Source: Octopus vulgaris (taxonomy: Eukaryota). Taken from it: a stretch of 64,000 nucleotides of DNA. Both the position numbers and the translations under genes were made by a program. Positions 1 to 13,215 of the stretch are shown piece after piece. The DNA lies in contig OX597820.1 in assembly GCA_951406725.2 (NCBI GenBank), forward strand, positions 93,992,001 to 94,056,000, given 5' to 3'. Each line of letters begins with the position of its first letter. The stretch's first letter is position 1. Under the pieces are notes generated by a model that made no database searches, was not told where the DNA came from, and saw nothing but the letters and a program-made list of their open reading frames with translations.

Positions 1-1050
1 CCCAATCTTTCCATACCATACATCATCCACACACAAGCGAGACATTAAGTTGATAAGCAAAGACCTTGAGAGAATCTTCGAGGAGAGATGTAGAGCATGC
101 CAACCTTGCCTTTTTAACATTAAAAAACTTCAAGCCCTATTCATATCAGGAAAGATCACAGCACCACACGCTCTCTTACCATGAGCTAGAGTTCTCACAA
201 TGGCTCCAAATACTGGGCCTCATTCTCACAGAATATTTCTTCAGGCCAAAACACATCTCTAGCCTAGTTAAGACTACATTCCAACAAACTGGCCCTTCTC
301 TTTAAAGCCAGAAAATATTTTATCCCGCAGAATCAGTAGCTGACATTCTAAACGGTTCAAATGAGATTCCACAACAAATTACTACGCTCATATCGAGGGC
401 AAGGCTACTATGTACATTGATATCATGGAACGAATCCAGAGAAGGGCCACTCGGTTCATTGGTAACGACTAACAGAAACGCTTGAGCCATTCCCATGTTC
501 TTTCTTTGTCCTTTTTATGGTTATTGTGATGAACCCTGCTCTTCGAAACTGTCTAACCTCACCCTCAGTAGTCCCCGAACCACTTATCTTTCGACCCCAC
601 GTCATCCTTGTTGCATCCAAACAGTCTTTTCTTCAAACCATTATACTCAATTTTTTGTTTCCAAAATAGGGTCTCTCCGACTCTTTTCCTTGCTTAGGTA
701 TTTCCAGCTAGAGTCCCAGAAGGCTTGCAAGAGGCACAATGGGTTCTGTCCCTTTATCCAGACTCAGTAACTCTCCCCACCCCTTCACACGTGACCAACG
801 GCCATCCATCTTTCTTTGTTCCACTGCCTTCCTAAAGACAAGATGTGCTTTTACCTGTCTCTTCTCAAAGCTCGTTTTTCCAACGTTCACCGCTTCACAT
901 CATCTTGACTTAACAACCCTCACCGTTTGCTTTTACTGTTTTATTCTCACTGTCCTGTTTTTGTTACCACTTTCACACTTCGCAAAAAATCCCAAATTTT
1001 ATTTAATTTGCTTTGCGGGAAGGACAGTTTTTAAGAAGTCGTGTCTTGTC
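1..1050 (+). mobile_element. Decayed CR1/L2/Jockey-group LINE, 3' end of RT ORF
   Basis: 425-460 translates MERIQRRATRFI, followed by YGY..CSSKL..RHP..SNHYTQFF. This resembles the post-RT C-terminus of CR1-group LINEs (LERVQRRATR...). Stops and frameshifts are present. Confidence 0.65.
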
Positions 1051-1052
1051 CC

Positions 1053-1245
1053 TACCTTCGAAATGCGGACTAGATAAAACAGGGGACAACTGATGAAGGG
1101 AATGTTCTTTATGTTGCCTGTCTCATTTCTCTGTTTCTTTCGATGTTCGAAAAAAAGTTTCTGTTTTTGTTTTTATGTTCTCGTTTCTCAGTATCTCAGT
1201 TTGTTTACATTTTGTTTTTGATGTCCTGTACCTATATATGCATGT
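1053..1245 (+). repeat. Dispersed repeat (possibly Penelope-derived) ending in TA/CA microsatellite
   Basis: CCTTCGAAATGCGG...TAAAACAGGGGACAACTGATGAAGGGAATGTTCTTT... recurs at 57821-58015. Confidence 0.7.
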
Positions 1246-1560
1246 ATATATACATACATATGTAGGTATGTACATATATATATATATATATAGTAGAAAT
1301 ATGTTACGAAAAGTAAATATAAAATACACGTGGAAATGTAAGGGTAAAAAATAAAAAATCAACGAAAATGCATATTGCAGATAGAAAAAGGCTATTTATG
1401 ACAGGTAGTGATAAATATATACATATACATTTAGATTGACTGAGGTAGTAATACGAGTCATAAAGGTCATTATTATGAGATAATTATAAGATGATAATAA
1501 TAATAAAGTAAGAGAACAAAACGAACCAATTGGTTTACGCAAAGGCTATTCATCGTTTGA

Positions 1561-1626
<66 letters not shown>

Positions 1627-1632
1627 TAACTA

Positions 1633-1925
1633 GCAACCCGTCGGTTACGACGACGGGGATGCCAGTTGATCTTATCAACAGAAAGCCTGCCAGTGAAATT
1701 AACATGCAAGTGGCTGAGCACTGCACAGATACGAGAACCCTTATCGTAGTTCTCAGTGGGATTCGACGCGACGCAGAATGTGACAAGCTGCCCTTTGAAA
1801 TACATTTTCGCCAGCTGAGCAGACGGGAGCAACGTGAAATAAAGAGTTTCGCTCAAGAATACAACACGCTGCCAGGAATCGAACTCCCGACCTTGCGATC
1901 GTGAGCTGAATACTCTAGCCACTAA
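1633..1925 (-). mobile_element. tRNA-derived SINE (Nin-like core, tail X)
   Basis: Pol III B box GAGTTCGATTC (1886-1876). Core is shared with the 53350 copy; tail is shared with the 9490 and 28621 copies. Confidence 0.8.
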
Positions 1926-2613
1926 ATAATCACAACATATGTATGCACATATACCGAAGCCAGTGTAATCATATCTCTCTACATATCTTCTTTATACAAT
2001 ATTGTGTGTCAGGCATTTTATATAATACTCAACCAACTAACGAGTGTGTGTGCGTTTGTGTGTTAGCGTGTGTATGTGTGTGTGTGGAGAAAGAGAGAGA
2101 GAGAGGGAGATAAGATAGCGTTGTAATTGTGTCTGACAAAGTGTGAAGTGTGTAAATGCGTCAAATCTAATTTGCATAAGTTTGTCACTTAATGTCAGCC
2201 TGACGTAAAAATAAATGTAATTTTCGCTTGTAAACAACTTATTTTGTTTTAATTCATCAATTTGCCTCTAAATAGAGTATAGAAGACAAAAAATACATCA
2301 AACTCGTTTTGCCGAAGAAAATACGTTTTGTAATTTTTATATAACTTTTATATTAAAGAGACTTAGTAATTTTAATATTTCTATTATTTTATATTAATGT
2401 ATTTTAAGAAGAATCAAATAATTTTATCTTGTTTTCTGCCTCTTTTAAATTACTGATTTTGTTTTTAATAGCTTAGTTGTGTAAACTAACAATCGATCAC
2501 AGACAGAAAAACCTCCAAGCATCCTAGTAGTTACATGCAGCTTAAAAATATTGACACTGTTTTCTTTTTCTTTTCTTTTTATTTTTGTTTCAGTTAACTG
2601 CAAAGTCAGTCAT

Positions 2614-2880
2614 AGTGAAGTGCATGGCCAAGTGGTTAGAGCGTTCGATTCACAATCGTTGGGTGGCGAGTTCTGTTCTGGAACTAGGCAGCACTTTTTT
2701 TATTTCACGTTCCTGCAGTATACTCAGCTGACAATGAGTACATGTGGTACCAGCAGTTTAACTCTGCTACAGACCTTCGCTCCATTCAGGGTGGGAGTCA
2801 TGTATTTTTAGTAGATAACTTTGCCCTGGGAAAGATATTAAAATGCATCCGGTGGTGGTTACCGTTCGAGATTTCATGAG
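2614..2880 (+). mobile_element. Decayed tRNA-derived SINE (Nin-like core)
   Basis: A box TGGCCAAGTGG, then core TACTCAGCTGACAATGAGTA. Confidence 0.6.
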
Positions 2881-3290
2881 TCTGAGAGTGAGTGGAGATA
2901 CTCCTTCGTCACTACTACTACTACCAGGTTCGCTCAGGTTCCGAGGTGATAATACTGATCGACAGACCTAGTAATGGGTTAAGTAGCTCAAGATGGCCCT
3001 GTGAATTAGGAATACAGGATCAAAAGAAGGGCTGGCCACTGGACATGTGCTGTGCAGGCCTACTGGTGTGTGGACATGCCTTACTGTTACGTGAATCAGT
3101 CTCTCGGCCCAAAGGTTAAGTAAGCTCTATGCTTTAAGAGTAAGTTCGAAAGAGCAGGAAACTAGCATAGGGAGCTGTAAATAAACGGGTAAAAAGCAAT
3201 GGGAAGCTATAGCTGTATCTTTCTCAAGAAAAGTGACGAATCTTCAGGTTCTGAACGCCCATTATTGCCGACGCCTATAGACACGGTACC

Positions 3291-3328
<38 letters not shown>

Positions 3329-4039
3329 CCACACACAATTTCTGTTCTAGTTAGCCACATACAATACATTTTCCTATTTGTTTTGTCTAGTAACACAATG
3401 AAACCATCGCAGTAGATTTGAACTGACGACTCTATTAGTTCGTATTATAGTACATTATTCCCTATTCCATTTGTCTCCAACAGTACTATTTTTACCACCA
3501 TTTGTCTCTTTTACCATTTGTCTCTTTCACTGTTTGTCTCCTATGGCTATTTTTATCTCGTTCGTAATATGTTTTCCACGTCTCAGCAAACAATAAACTT
3601 TGAGTTGTGTTATTTTTGCGTAATTCTTCTGAATATTTGTTTGTTTGCTACAGACATGAAAACTGTTGGGTTCCCACACCCCAAGTGGAGGTTAGGGGGT
3701 GAAAGCAACGCATAAAGAACCATTACTGCCATCCCAAACACAAATGATTATAACATTCAATTAGGAGCAAGAGTTCAAGTTTATTTTCCTTGTAAACAAA
3801 GCTTCCACACCCAATACTGTTACAGCTAACACCAGCACCGGCATCGCCACCACCATTGAGCCATTAGCATTTAAAATATCACCCTTTATAATAGGGAGTT
3901 CAGTCTAACCTTCAACTACACCAGTACAATAAATTTGATGGTTACTAAGTTGGCACAGGGTCATGAATATTTTGGGAGTATAGTCGATTAAATCGGCTCC
4001 AGGTTTTCACATGTCTTTATAAAGGATGTAGACACTTTT

Positions 4040-4391
4040 GAAGTGTAGTGCGAGAAGAGTTGTCTGAAAAAATGAGAGGGATGGTCATAGTTGGAATGTT
4101 GTTTTTTCTAATAGAACAGCTCATCAGAGCTGAGTTGGACTGAAATGACGATGACGACGACGACGACGACATCACCAAGGGTATCTATGCGATCGTTTGA
4201 TGTGTTGGACAAAGTAAGCAAAATTTTTTCAAATCATAATTTACCGTCTTACAGAAAGGAAGAATGCATTGCTGAAGATATTCAGAGATACACAAAAAAA
4301 GGCAGGTAGGTCGCGGCCGGAGCGCCTTTGTCATAGCTCTGCTCGAACAGGGCTGGTTTGGATGAAAGAACAAAAACAACAATAGCGACTT

Positions 4392-4434
<43 letters not shown>

Positions 4435-4620
4435 GCTTTGGCTGAACCGATAAATTTGCGTCTACGCGGTTGTTTGATCCATCAAAAATAAAAACGAAAT
4501 TCTTTCATATTACACCTACTGTCATATATAAAAGAACGACCCATTGGCCAAAACATGTATGCTTTGGGCTCATGAGTTTTCTTGAATAGGGCTAATCTGG
4601 GGCTAAAACTACGTCAATAA
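4040..4620 (+). repeat. Three tandem decayed copies of unclassified ~200-bp family D
   Basis: Recurring ...GGTCATRGCTGGAATG..GATCATAG..TGCTCGA.CAGGGCTGACCTGGGGCTAAA 3' block, separated by trinucleotide runs. Confidence 0.6.
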
Positions 4621-5005
4621 CCTCAAGAAAAATTGCCGCTATTCTAAGAAAAGAACTAAGGTTATGATAAAAAGAGTCTGGAACAAAAGTGTAGCATAGT
4701 GCAAGACAATATTCATTACGGTTGCCAAGGTTGAGACGAAGTTTACAGTATGTATTACATTGTCAAGAGTGATTCCTCGTTAAAACTGATATTTAAACCC
4801 TTTGTAAAGTATTTCACACAAGAACAAAGTGAAAAATAAAACCATGGGAAAATTAAAGCGTTCAGTGATGCCAATGTATTTTTGGATGTGTCATAGCAGA
4901 AGGGGGAAAAGGGGTTAATATTCCCATCATTTCAAAAATGTTGTTCTGTCTTTTATGTAATGTGCTGAAGAATTTCAATATCTATAGACATTCTCTCTGT
5001 CTCTC

Positions 5006-5067
<62 letters not shown>

Positions 5068-5487
5068 GGTGCGCTCGCACGTGTGCGTCTGTGTGTGTAT
5101 GTGTGTGTGCAAAACCAAAATATGGGTATGTGAGAAAACAAAATATACAAAGTTTTCTAAGGCATTTATTATCAAACCCCAGATATTTTCAACCGATATG
5201 AAACTCTAGAAATATGTATACTGTGTTGAAAATTGTTCGTCCTAACCAGCCTAACACAGTTATCTTCCCTTTGTTTTTAATCTCAACTGTAGAGGCGTTA
5301 ATCTCCAACGACATGTTCGTCATTTCCTTCATATTGCATAACACACTAGAAATTATTCTATGAATTTACGTAAATAACACACGCATGCGCAAACATATAA
5401 CAAACGCACGCACGCATATACAGAAAAAACAAACACAAATACGTACACGCGCACGCGCACATAGAAATGCAAAACAAACGAACCGAC

Positions 5488-5680
5488 AGGGAATCCCCTA
5501 CACTGTTGTTCTACCTATTAGAAATAGCAGCCTACAGTTTTAGAAAATGAAGGACACATCAATAAATGCAGTCCAGTGTACACTGTGCTTGAAAAAATAC
5601 AGGGTGGTCGTAGCTGAAATGCACTTGATCATAAATCTGCTCGAACAGACTCGACCTGGGGCTAAAAACAACAATAACAC
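5488..5680 (+). repeat. Family D copy
   Basis: TTAGAAATAGCAGCC...GACCTGGGGCTAAAAACAACAA. Confidence 0.7.
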
Positions 5681-5900
5681 AACGATATGAAACACATAAA
5701 TAACTCGTTAATACACACACGAATGTCAAAATGGTTCAATTAACCGAGAGATAATTAAAAATACATCTATTTAGGGATGTCTATTTGAAGAATTATCAAT
5801 AATGACGTGACATTATGAATGAATTTGCTGATATGCTAAACGCAAGACCGAAATCTCCCTCAAATCTCACCGAAAAACGTAAATGGCTTACATATATATA

Positions 5901-6124
5901 TGTTTCTTTATTACCCACAAGGAATTAAACATAGAGGGGACAAACAAGGACAAACAAACGAATTAAGTCAATTACATCGACCCCGGTGCGTAACTGGTAC
6001 TTAATTTATCAACTCCGAAAAGATGAAAGGTAAAGTCGACCTCGGCGGAATTTGAACTCAGAAAGTAACGGCAGACGAAATACGGCTACGCATTTCGCCC
6101 GGCGTGCTAACGGTTCTGCCAGCT
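5901..6124 (-). mobile_element. Meta-domain SINE (octopus OK-like), tail A
   Basis: B box GAGTTCAAATT and Meta-like core CCTTTCATC.TTTCGG.GT.GATAAATTAAGTACCAG; more than 10 copies in the window. Confidence 0.85.
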
Positions 6125-6398
6125 ATTCGATGAAATACAGACGGAATGGCCAATAAAATTGTCAGTGAGCATTGACCCGGAGTGAGCCAGCAATAGGAAC
6201 GAAATATAGGGGAAGAAGCATTTACAATGTCTCTCGACTTTGTAGTAATAGAAGTTAAAGGTATTTTCAATTGTTTGTACCTGACAGCCTTAAAAAGAGG
6301 TCACACGATTCCAACCAGATTTATCAAAACTTTTCAATTACTGGACGATACAAATAAATAAAGATCGTGCTTGCCTACGACAATAATTGATCTTAAAA

Positions 6399-6791
6399 CT
6401 AGCAGTATCGCCCGGCGTTGCTCGGGTTTGTAAGGGAAATAACTATAAAGCATTTTTAGAGAGTTATAGCCAAAAAATAGCAAAAAAATGCATTGAAAAT
6501 GGAAAAAATATGATGGTAAATTTTTTTTTAAATCGTTGACTAATCGTAGACATTTTTAGAGAGTTACTTCCCTTATATTAAAAAATATGCATTAAAATGG
6601 AAAAATATTATGGTAAATTATTTTTAAAATCGTAGACTCATCGTAGACGCGCGCTAATACCCAGAAGGGCTCGATATGAATCACGACTATAAGATACCCG
6701 ATTTTGGTTAAACTGCACCGCAAAATGTGGGAGTAGTTAGGAATCTAAATCGGAGTAGACAGACACACAACCTTACTTTTATATATAAAGA
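6399..6791 (-). mobile_element. Complete non-autonomous Helitron
   Basis: Minus strand starts A|TC (TCTTTATATATAAAAG) and ends CTAG|T. Subterminal hairpin CCCGAGC-AAC-GCCGGG at 6426-6411; no TSD. Confidence 0.85.
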
Positions 6792-6893
6792 TTTGTAGTT
6801 ATCAATCTTATTTTGTCACAGAACCACTGTGCGATTTTCCAAAAGGCGCAGAACCCATTATATATATGTTGCGAGAGAAATAGAGAGAGAGAT

Positions 6894-6947
<54 letters not shown>

Positions 6948-7391
6948 AACTTATGAAATAGTAAATATGATTTTTTGAAAAATAAATTTCTATTAAATCT
7001 TACTAAAAGGCACCTAATCTCGTGGTACCCTAGAAAATTTTCACGGAATCCGAGGACAAACCTTCGGGAAACACTGCTATAGATTATATACAATTATAAA
7101 GGGATCGTACATAAATCACTTTACCACCACCACCGCTGCACCCCAACTACCTCCACCAATATCATCATCACCACCACCATAATCATAATCTACACTATAC
7201 CTGGAGTTAATTAACAGTAGCAACAAGCGCTGGTATTTCTATGTATTCCAACAGGAAACTGATAAATGTTATGGAAAATGAAAGCTATACTGAATGTAGC
7301 GCCCGATGCAGGTCTAACATGGCGAAACAAAGACTAGCACCAGAAGTAGATGTTGTTAGGTAGAGTCAAGAGTAGAGGGACTTGTGCCATG

Positions 7392-7726
7392 GTGAATGGA
7401 TATAAAAAACCCTTTTCGATCACGAATGACCATGGGATTGTACTTTCCAGGCACAAGTCCCGGCACGGTTTCTGGAAGACCAGCAGTTAGCCATGCATAC
7501 CAACTTCCCCTCTCCACACCACCGATTTATGCAAGGGAAAGGTAGAGGCAGATAAAGCTTCGCACCAGTGACATCACAACTCATTTCTACAACTGAGTGA
7601 AGTGAAGCAGCGTAAAATAAAGGGTCTTACTCAAGGACATAACACACAACCCGGTCCAGGAATCAAACTGAACAACTTCACAATTGTACGCCTGAAGCTC
7701 TGACCACTAAGCCATGCTTCTTCACT
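7392..7726 (-). mobile_element. tRNA-derived SINE (Nin-like core, tail Z)
   Basis: A box TGGCTTAGTGG, B-box remnant TTTGATTCCTGG, and a core homologous to the 53350 copy. Confidence 0.7.
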
Positions 7727-8338
7727 GAATGACTATGTATGCATGCATGTATGTATGTATATTCATTGTCCTACTTTATCGCAACTGTACGACTGAACCG
7801 ATGAACATAGTGTCTTGCTTGTATTCTCCAATTTACTTCTTTCCGCAGTCAACATTGTACACACTTGAATATATCATTAGCGAAGTGGTATAACAATCAC
7901 GGTAAATAGACATGGATTTAGAGGGTTCGCTTCGTATGGAGGTTATGTACAATTAACATTTTCTACCTGTAAATGTACAGAGATTGCTCATGTACGTACA
8001 GTATAGGATTATAAAAAAAGGAAGTTTTTATCTTTACTATGCATGTGCAGTATTCTTGGTAAGAAAAATAAATCTACGTTAATTTCTCCATATGCCTTCC
8101 TTATTGCAATGCAGTGGGAGACTGGTAGGGTAATAGGTAAGTTTTCGTTTTGCTAAAAGATAAAAAAGATATCGCGAATGAGAGATAGCAAAAGTAAATT
8201 AAAGGGAAGAGAAGATATTCAAAGATAAAACTGGATAGACTAGACATATATATATATATATAAAGAGAGACAGACAGACAAGCTAATAGGCAGACCGACA
8301 GATAAAGTGACAGACAGAGAGACAGTCAAAGTTAAACT

Positions 8339-8381
<43 letters not shown>

Positions 8382-9264
8382 GGGTTGTTAGTGTTAAGTG
8401 ATGATGTACAGAGATCCTTATATTCCGGAAGAAGATACATTAATTTGCTTGCGAGGAGGGTTGATATATAAATCTTTATCACAGCGCCACCAACACCAAC
8501 AAACGTAAGACAAATAAACTAAAGCAAACCGAAAACAAAAACAAAAAAGAAAGAACGAAAGAGAGAGGTTTAAGCAATTCAATTACATAAAAATGAAGAG
8601 ATAGTGTCAGGGTGAAGGTGATGGTAGTGACGGAGATGATGGGAATAATTGTGGTGGTGGTGGTGGTGGCGACGGGTGGTGGTAACGGCGGCGGCGATGG
8701 TAGAGGCCCTAGTGATGATGTTGGTAATGGTGGTGGTGGTGGTAGCTGTTTGTTTGCTGTAGGTATTAAAAGATCTACTTTAGATAGATCAAGCTGAGTG
8801 TTAGCAGACTTAAGCTGTCATCAGCAAGATTTAGATAGAAGTCAATGTTTGGCAAATATTTACATAGAGTAAATAAATATGCAATTTTGTATTTTTTTTG
8901 TTTGTTTTTATTTTGGTTTTGCTTTAGAACGCAAAAGAAGAATGAAAGGAAAAAGTGATAAGGGCCTCCAGACGATCCAAGCTAATAATTCGCAGTCAGG
9001 TCTTGCAGCGGACTTCCAAATCCTGATCGATGTGGTCATTTTACTTATATTACCTTCACACCGCTACTATTTATACAAAGAACAGCAACAACAACAACAA
9101 AAGAAATAAAAAGAAAAGTGCTGCTACACTCTCATATTTTTCCCCACACCATCCCCAATAAATACATAATTAAGAGGTGGTGGCCACATAGCCGAATGTA
9201 TGAGGTGTTTGTCATCGAATCAGAAGTAAACAGAGAATTCAATGTTAGACAGATGAAAGAAAGT

Positions 9265-9900
9265 GTTGCTGTTATTTAGCTCCAGGTCAGTCTTGATCGA
9301 GTAGACTTACGATCAAAGCCCTTCCTATCATGACCATCCATCGTTTTCAAACAACGTGAACTCTGGATGTACAGAGTATAATTTGCACGAAATTTGGTTA
9401 CTATTTATTTGTTGTTGCGCCCGAGATCAAACAAATCAAAGGACTACGATTAAAATTATTCTTGCCGTGACCACCTCCTTATTCAAGATGATAGTTAGGG
9501 CAGCGGACTCGCGGTCGGAGGATCGCGGTTTCGATTCCCAGACCGGGCGTTGTGTGTGTTTATTGAGCGAAAACACCTAAAGCTCCACGAGGCTCCGGCA
9601 GGGGGTGGTGGCGACCCCTGTTGTACTCTTTCGCCTCAACTTTCTCTCACTCCACTCATACTTCCTGTTTCTGATGTACCTGTATTTCAAGGGGCCGGCC
9701 TTGTCACTCTCTGTGTCACGCTGAATATCCCTGAGAACTACGTTAAGGGTGCACGTGTCTGTGGAGTGCTCAGCCACTTACACGTTAATTTCACGAGCAG
9801 GCTGTTCCAATGATTCGGATCAACAGGAACCCTCATCGTCGTAACCGACGGAGTGCTTCCATTCAAGATCATAGAGTATAATTTGAGATAGTTTTGGTCA
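9265..9900 (-). repeat. Two tandem family D copies, the second interrupted by a SINE
   Basis: TTTAGCTCCAGGTCAG...GATCAAAG; host sequence resumes after the TSD at 9870. Confidence 0.65.
9490..9860 (+). mobile_element. tRNA-derived SINE (head C, tail X), slightly 5'-truncated
   Basis: B box GTTTCGATTCC; TSD ATTCAAGAT at 9481-9489 and 9861-9869; close relative at 28621-29003. Confidence 0.9.
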
Positions 9901-10258
9901 AGATAATAAAAGTCTCATGGTATTGAACTAACGACATTCTCGATTAAAAAACATTCTAATAACAATAATATAAATCTTGCAGGTGCCTAACCTCATCTTT
10001 ACTGTCTAGATTTAACTATATTTACATTACAATTACCTCCAATTGTCATCTTGTTCTGATATTCTGAAATGCGTGCATAATCCCAGGCTGATTTTGATGA
10101 ACTATAGATAATAGCAATTTTTGGGGTTTTTTTTTTTGTATCCACTATACCACTGAAGTACTGGAGAATAAAAACGTTATGAGCTTAGTTTAGAAATAAT
10201 AGTTTTTACACAAAATATTTTGACAATTCTTTTGTTTTATACAATTCCTAATAATATT

Positions 10259-10447
10259 CAAGAATCTTTTCTACTAAAGGCCTGAAATTTGGTGGGAGGA
10301 GACCAGTCGATTGCATCAACCTCAGTGTTTCACTGGTACTTAATTTGTCGACCCCGAAAGTACGAAAGGCAAAGTGGACCTCGGCGGAATTTGAACTCAG
10401 AACGTAAAGCATTTTGCCGGCATGCTAACGATTCTGCCAGCTCGCCA
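10259..10447 (-). mobile_element. Meta-domain SINE, tail B
   Basis: Same core; TSD CCTAATAATATT at 10247-10258 and 10448-10459. Confidence 0.85.
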
Positions 10448-10839
10448 CCTAATAATATTTAATCAAATTATAATGGGATTTTTTTTCAAATATCGAAAGG
10501 CTATGAGGGTCCCTCTGAATAAAATAGGGATCAAAGAGGTTCACAGGTTAAAATGGTTGAGGGCCACTGCACTAATCATTTTATTTCTTTAATTTAAATC
10601 TTCCTTTCAGTAATTCCCCCCCAACACCTTTCTCTTTCCTCAACCCTCACTTCACTGCTCTATTTGCTTTTACTTCCATATATCTCCTTTATTCTCTTTT
10701 CACTAATCTCCCCTTCTTCTACTTAGCTTTCACCGCTCCTTTTTTTTACTCCGTTTCTTTCTTTCGTCTTATCTTTTTTTTACTTTCTCTTCAACCTTCC
10801 ACCCCGTTTCTTTTACTGTCGGTCCATCTTCATGAAACA

Positions 10840-11140
10840 TCAGCACCACATACACTACCACTACCACTACCGATACCGATACCATCACTACCACTGCAAC
10901 AACCACAACAGGCATCAATACCACCGTCACCACCAACAGTAGCTATTTCTAACACCGCAGCTACCACCACCACCACCACCACCAACGCTAACACTACAAC
11001 GTCTACCACAACAACTACACAAATAACAACACATATATATCCCCCACACACCATCACCATCAACAACAACTACGCCTCCAACAAAAACTGCTACCGTAAC
11101 TCCCATCGATGCCAACATGACCAACACCACCACCATCTAA
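10840..11140. repeat. Degenerate (ACC/AAC)n low-complexity tract
   Basis: Direct reading; explains the poly-V/G ORFs. Confidence 0.8.
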
Positions 11141-11574
11141 TTGATACTATACTAATGAACTATAAACGCAAAATAAATAACAGTTTGATGAATGAATGAA
11201 GGAGGTGGTTCTCAGTGCCCCCAACACTTCACAAACTGGATAGATTCCAGTATTGATTTAGGGCGGGGAGTATCATACGTTGGCCATCGACATTTCATTC
11301 TCCACTGGAACCTATTAATTACACCGACTATCCCCTATACATACATACATACATACATACATACAAACATACATACATACGTACATACATACACGCACAC
11401 ATATTCATACATATGACTTCCCCCTCTCTCCCTCTCTTTCTCCAGTACCTTCTTTCTACACGCTCTTCTAATTGTAACTCCCTTCACGAATGTAACGTTT
11501 GCAGCAATCAGAACCTCAGTTATCACCACCACCACCAAAAGCAACATTCACTACATCCTAATCGAGCCAACGAG

Positions 11575-12100
11575 AGATCTACTAGATATAGCAGCCAAAT
11601 ATTCTTCATATCGAACCCTACTGTCTTTAAAAAATGAACACATTGGATAATATAATCCTAAACGCTTTTCCTAAGACACTGTGGCCATGGCTGGAATGTC
11701 TTTGACCGTAAATCCACTTGAGCCAGATTGACCTAGGGCTAAGCAATAACAATAACAACACTCCAAGTGAATGATAGAGCTTCTGCATAGATAACCTGCG
11801 AGAAATAGATCTCAAATTTCTTTTAAATTAATCCCCCTTGGCTTCAAAGGGTGACATGTTACATAATGTATTTCTAAGTATTTGATACTCGGGAATAGAG
11901 AGGAAATGGACATGACAGGAATGCCTTTGATCATACAGCTGTTCAATCAAGGCTGACCTGTGACTAAACAACCACACCATCAATAATACTAACGCCAACT
12001 ACAGCACCACTATTTCCAACAACACGACCAGCATAGCTAAATCTCCCTCAAATCATACTGTCATTTATAAACAAGGAAAAACGCTGTGTAATAGCTATAT
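11575..12100 (+). repeat. Tandem family D copies
   Basis: TGACCTAGGGCTAAGCAATAAC near 11730, TGACCTGTGACTAAACAAC near 11955, and a third 5' fragment near 12035. Confidence 0.65.
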
Positions 12101-13215
12101 AGTACTAGTTATACAGTTTTAGTCACACCGAGAATTGGTGCAAAATCATTACAACCACTGCTACTTACACACCTCTACGATTATTTTAGAATCAACATTG
12201 CTATATCTACACCTCAAAACCAACGCTACAGCCTCTACACCCCTAAATAACTTGACTAGGCTTCAACAACACCGCCTCTACACTTCTATCCCTACTATTA
12301 TCCTCATCATCATCTTCGACATCATCACTACAGTCATACTTCATCAGTTTTAACTTCACCTTTTTTCCGTCATCACTGCCAATTCTCATTCATTAGAGCC
12401 TCATCTCTCAACACCCCTACCACTACAACAGACAACATCCATAACCAACACCGTTGCCACCACTACAGAAAGTACATTTAGCCAATACTACAGCCATGAC
12501 AAACGCCATACGTTGCCAACACAACTACCGCTACTACAGACAACACGTAGCCGATACATCACAACAGTCACCACAATTACTACCAGATAGCACACACATA
12601 TAACACACATAGCTACCACTATAGTTATGCTTATGTACAACCCCTTAAATCCTCCCATACAGCCCCTGACTAGATAGAAGCCAATGGAAATGCTTATCCC
12701 GACAATCTCTGCCAATAGGTCAACCAAATTATCTATAACTAGTCTGAATGTGTATGTTCTTGACCTTCGATTGTAATATTTCGCTCAAACCATCGTTCAC
12801 TCTATCCAGACACTTTCATTCAGTCTGTCTGTCTGTCTCTCACTTTCTTTCCTACACACATAGATTGCATATATGTAAGTACACACATACACATAACAAT
12901 TGCATGAACAACTGCATATAGAGAGAAATTCAACAGCGTTAGAGTTAGTCGTCAATTAATCCCCAATAATTATAAATTCTGAGTATTTTTTATTTTGTAT
13001 TTAATTACTTCAATTAGTTCAAGGTTAGCCTGGGAAATTGCCTGGTGTCTTGCAAGCCATGAAACCTGCATATGCAAGAATTTCATGAATAATTCAACAT
13101 CGAACAAGACACATGTACGAATTTTATTTTCTAAAAAAACAATAATGGGATAAGATTGCAATAGAACTGGAAAAAAAGTTAGAAATAATCTAGTAGTTTT
13201 GAAACATGTAAATAT

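Noticed and set aside
1441-1462. TGAGGTAGTA matches the let-7 5' end
   Set aside because: Only 10 nt match and there is no complementary star arm
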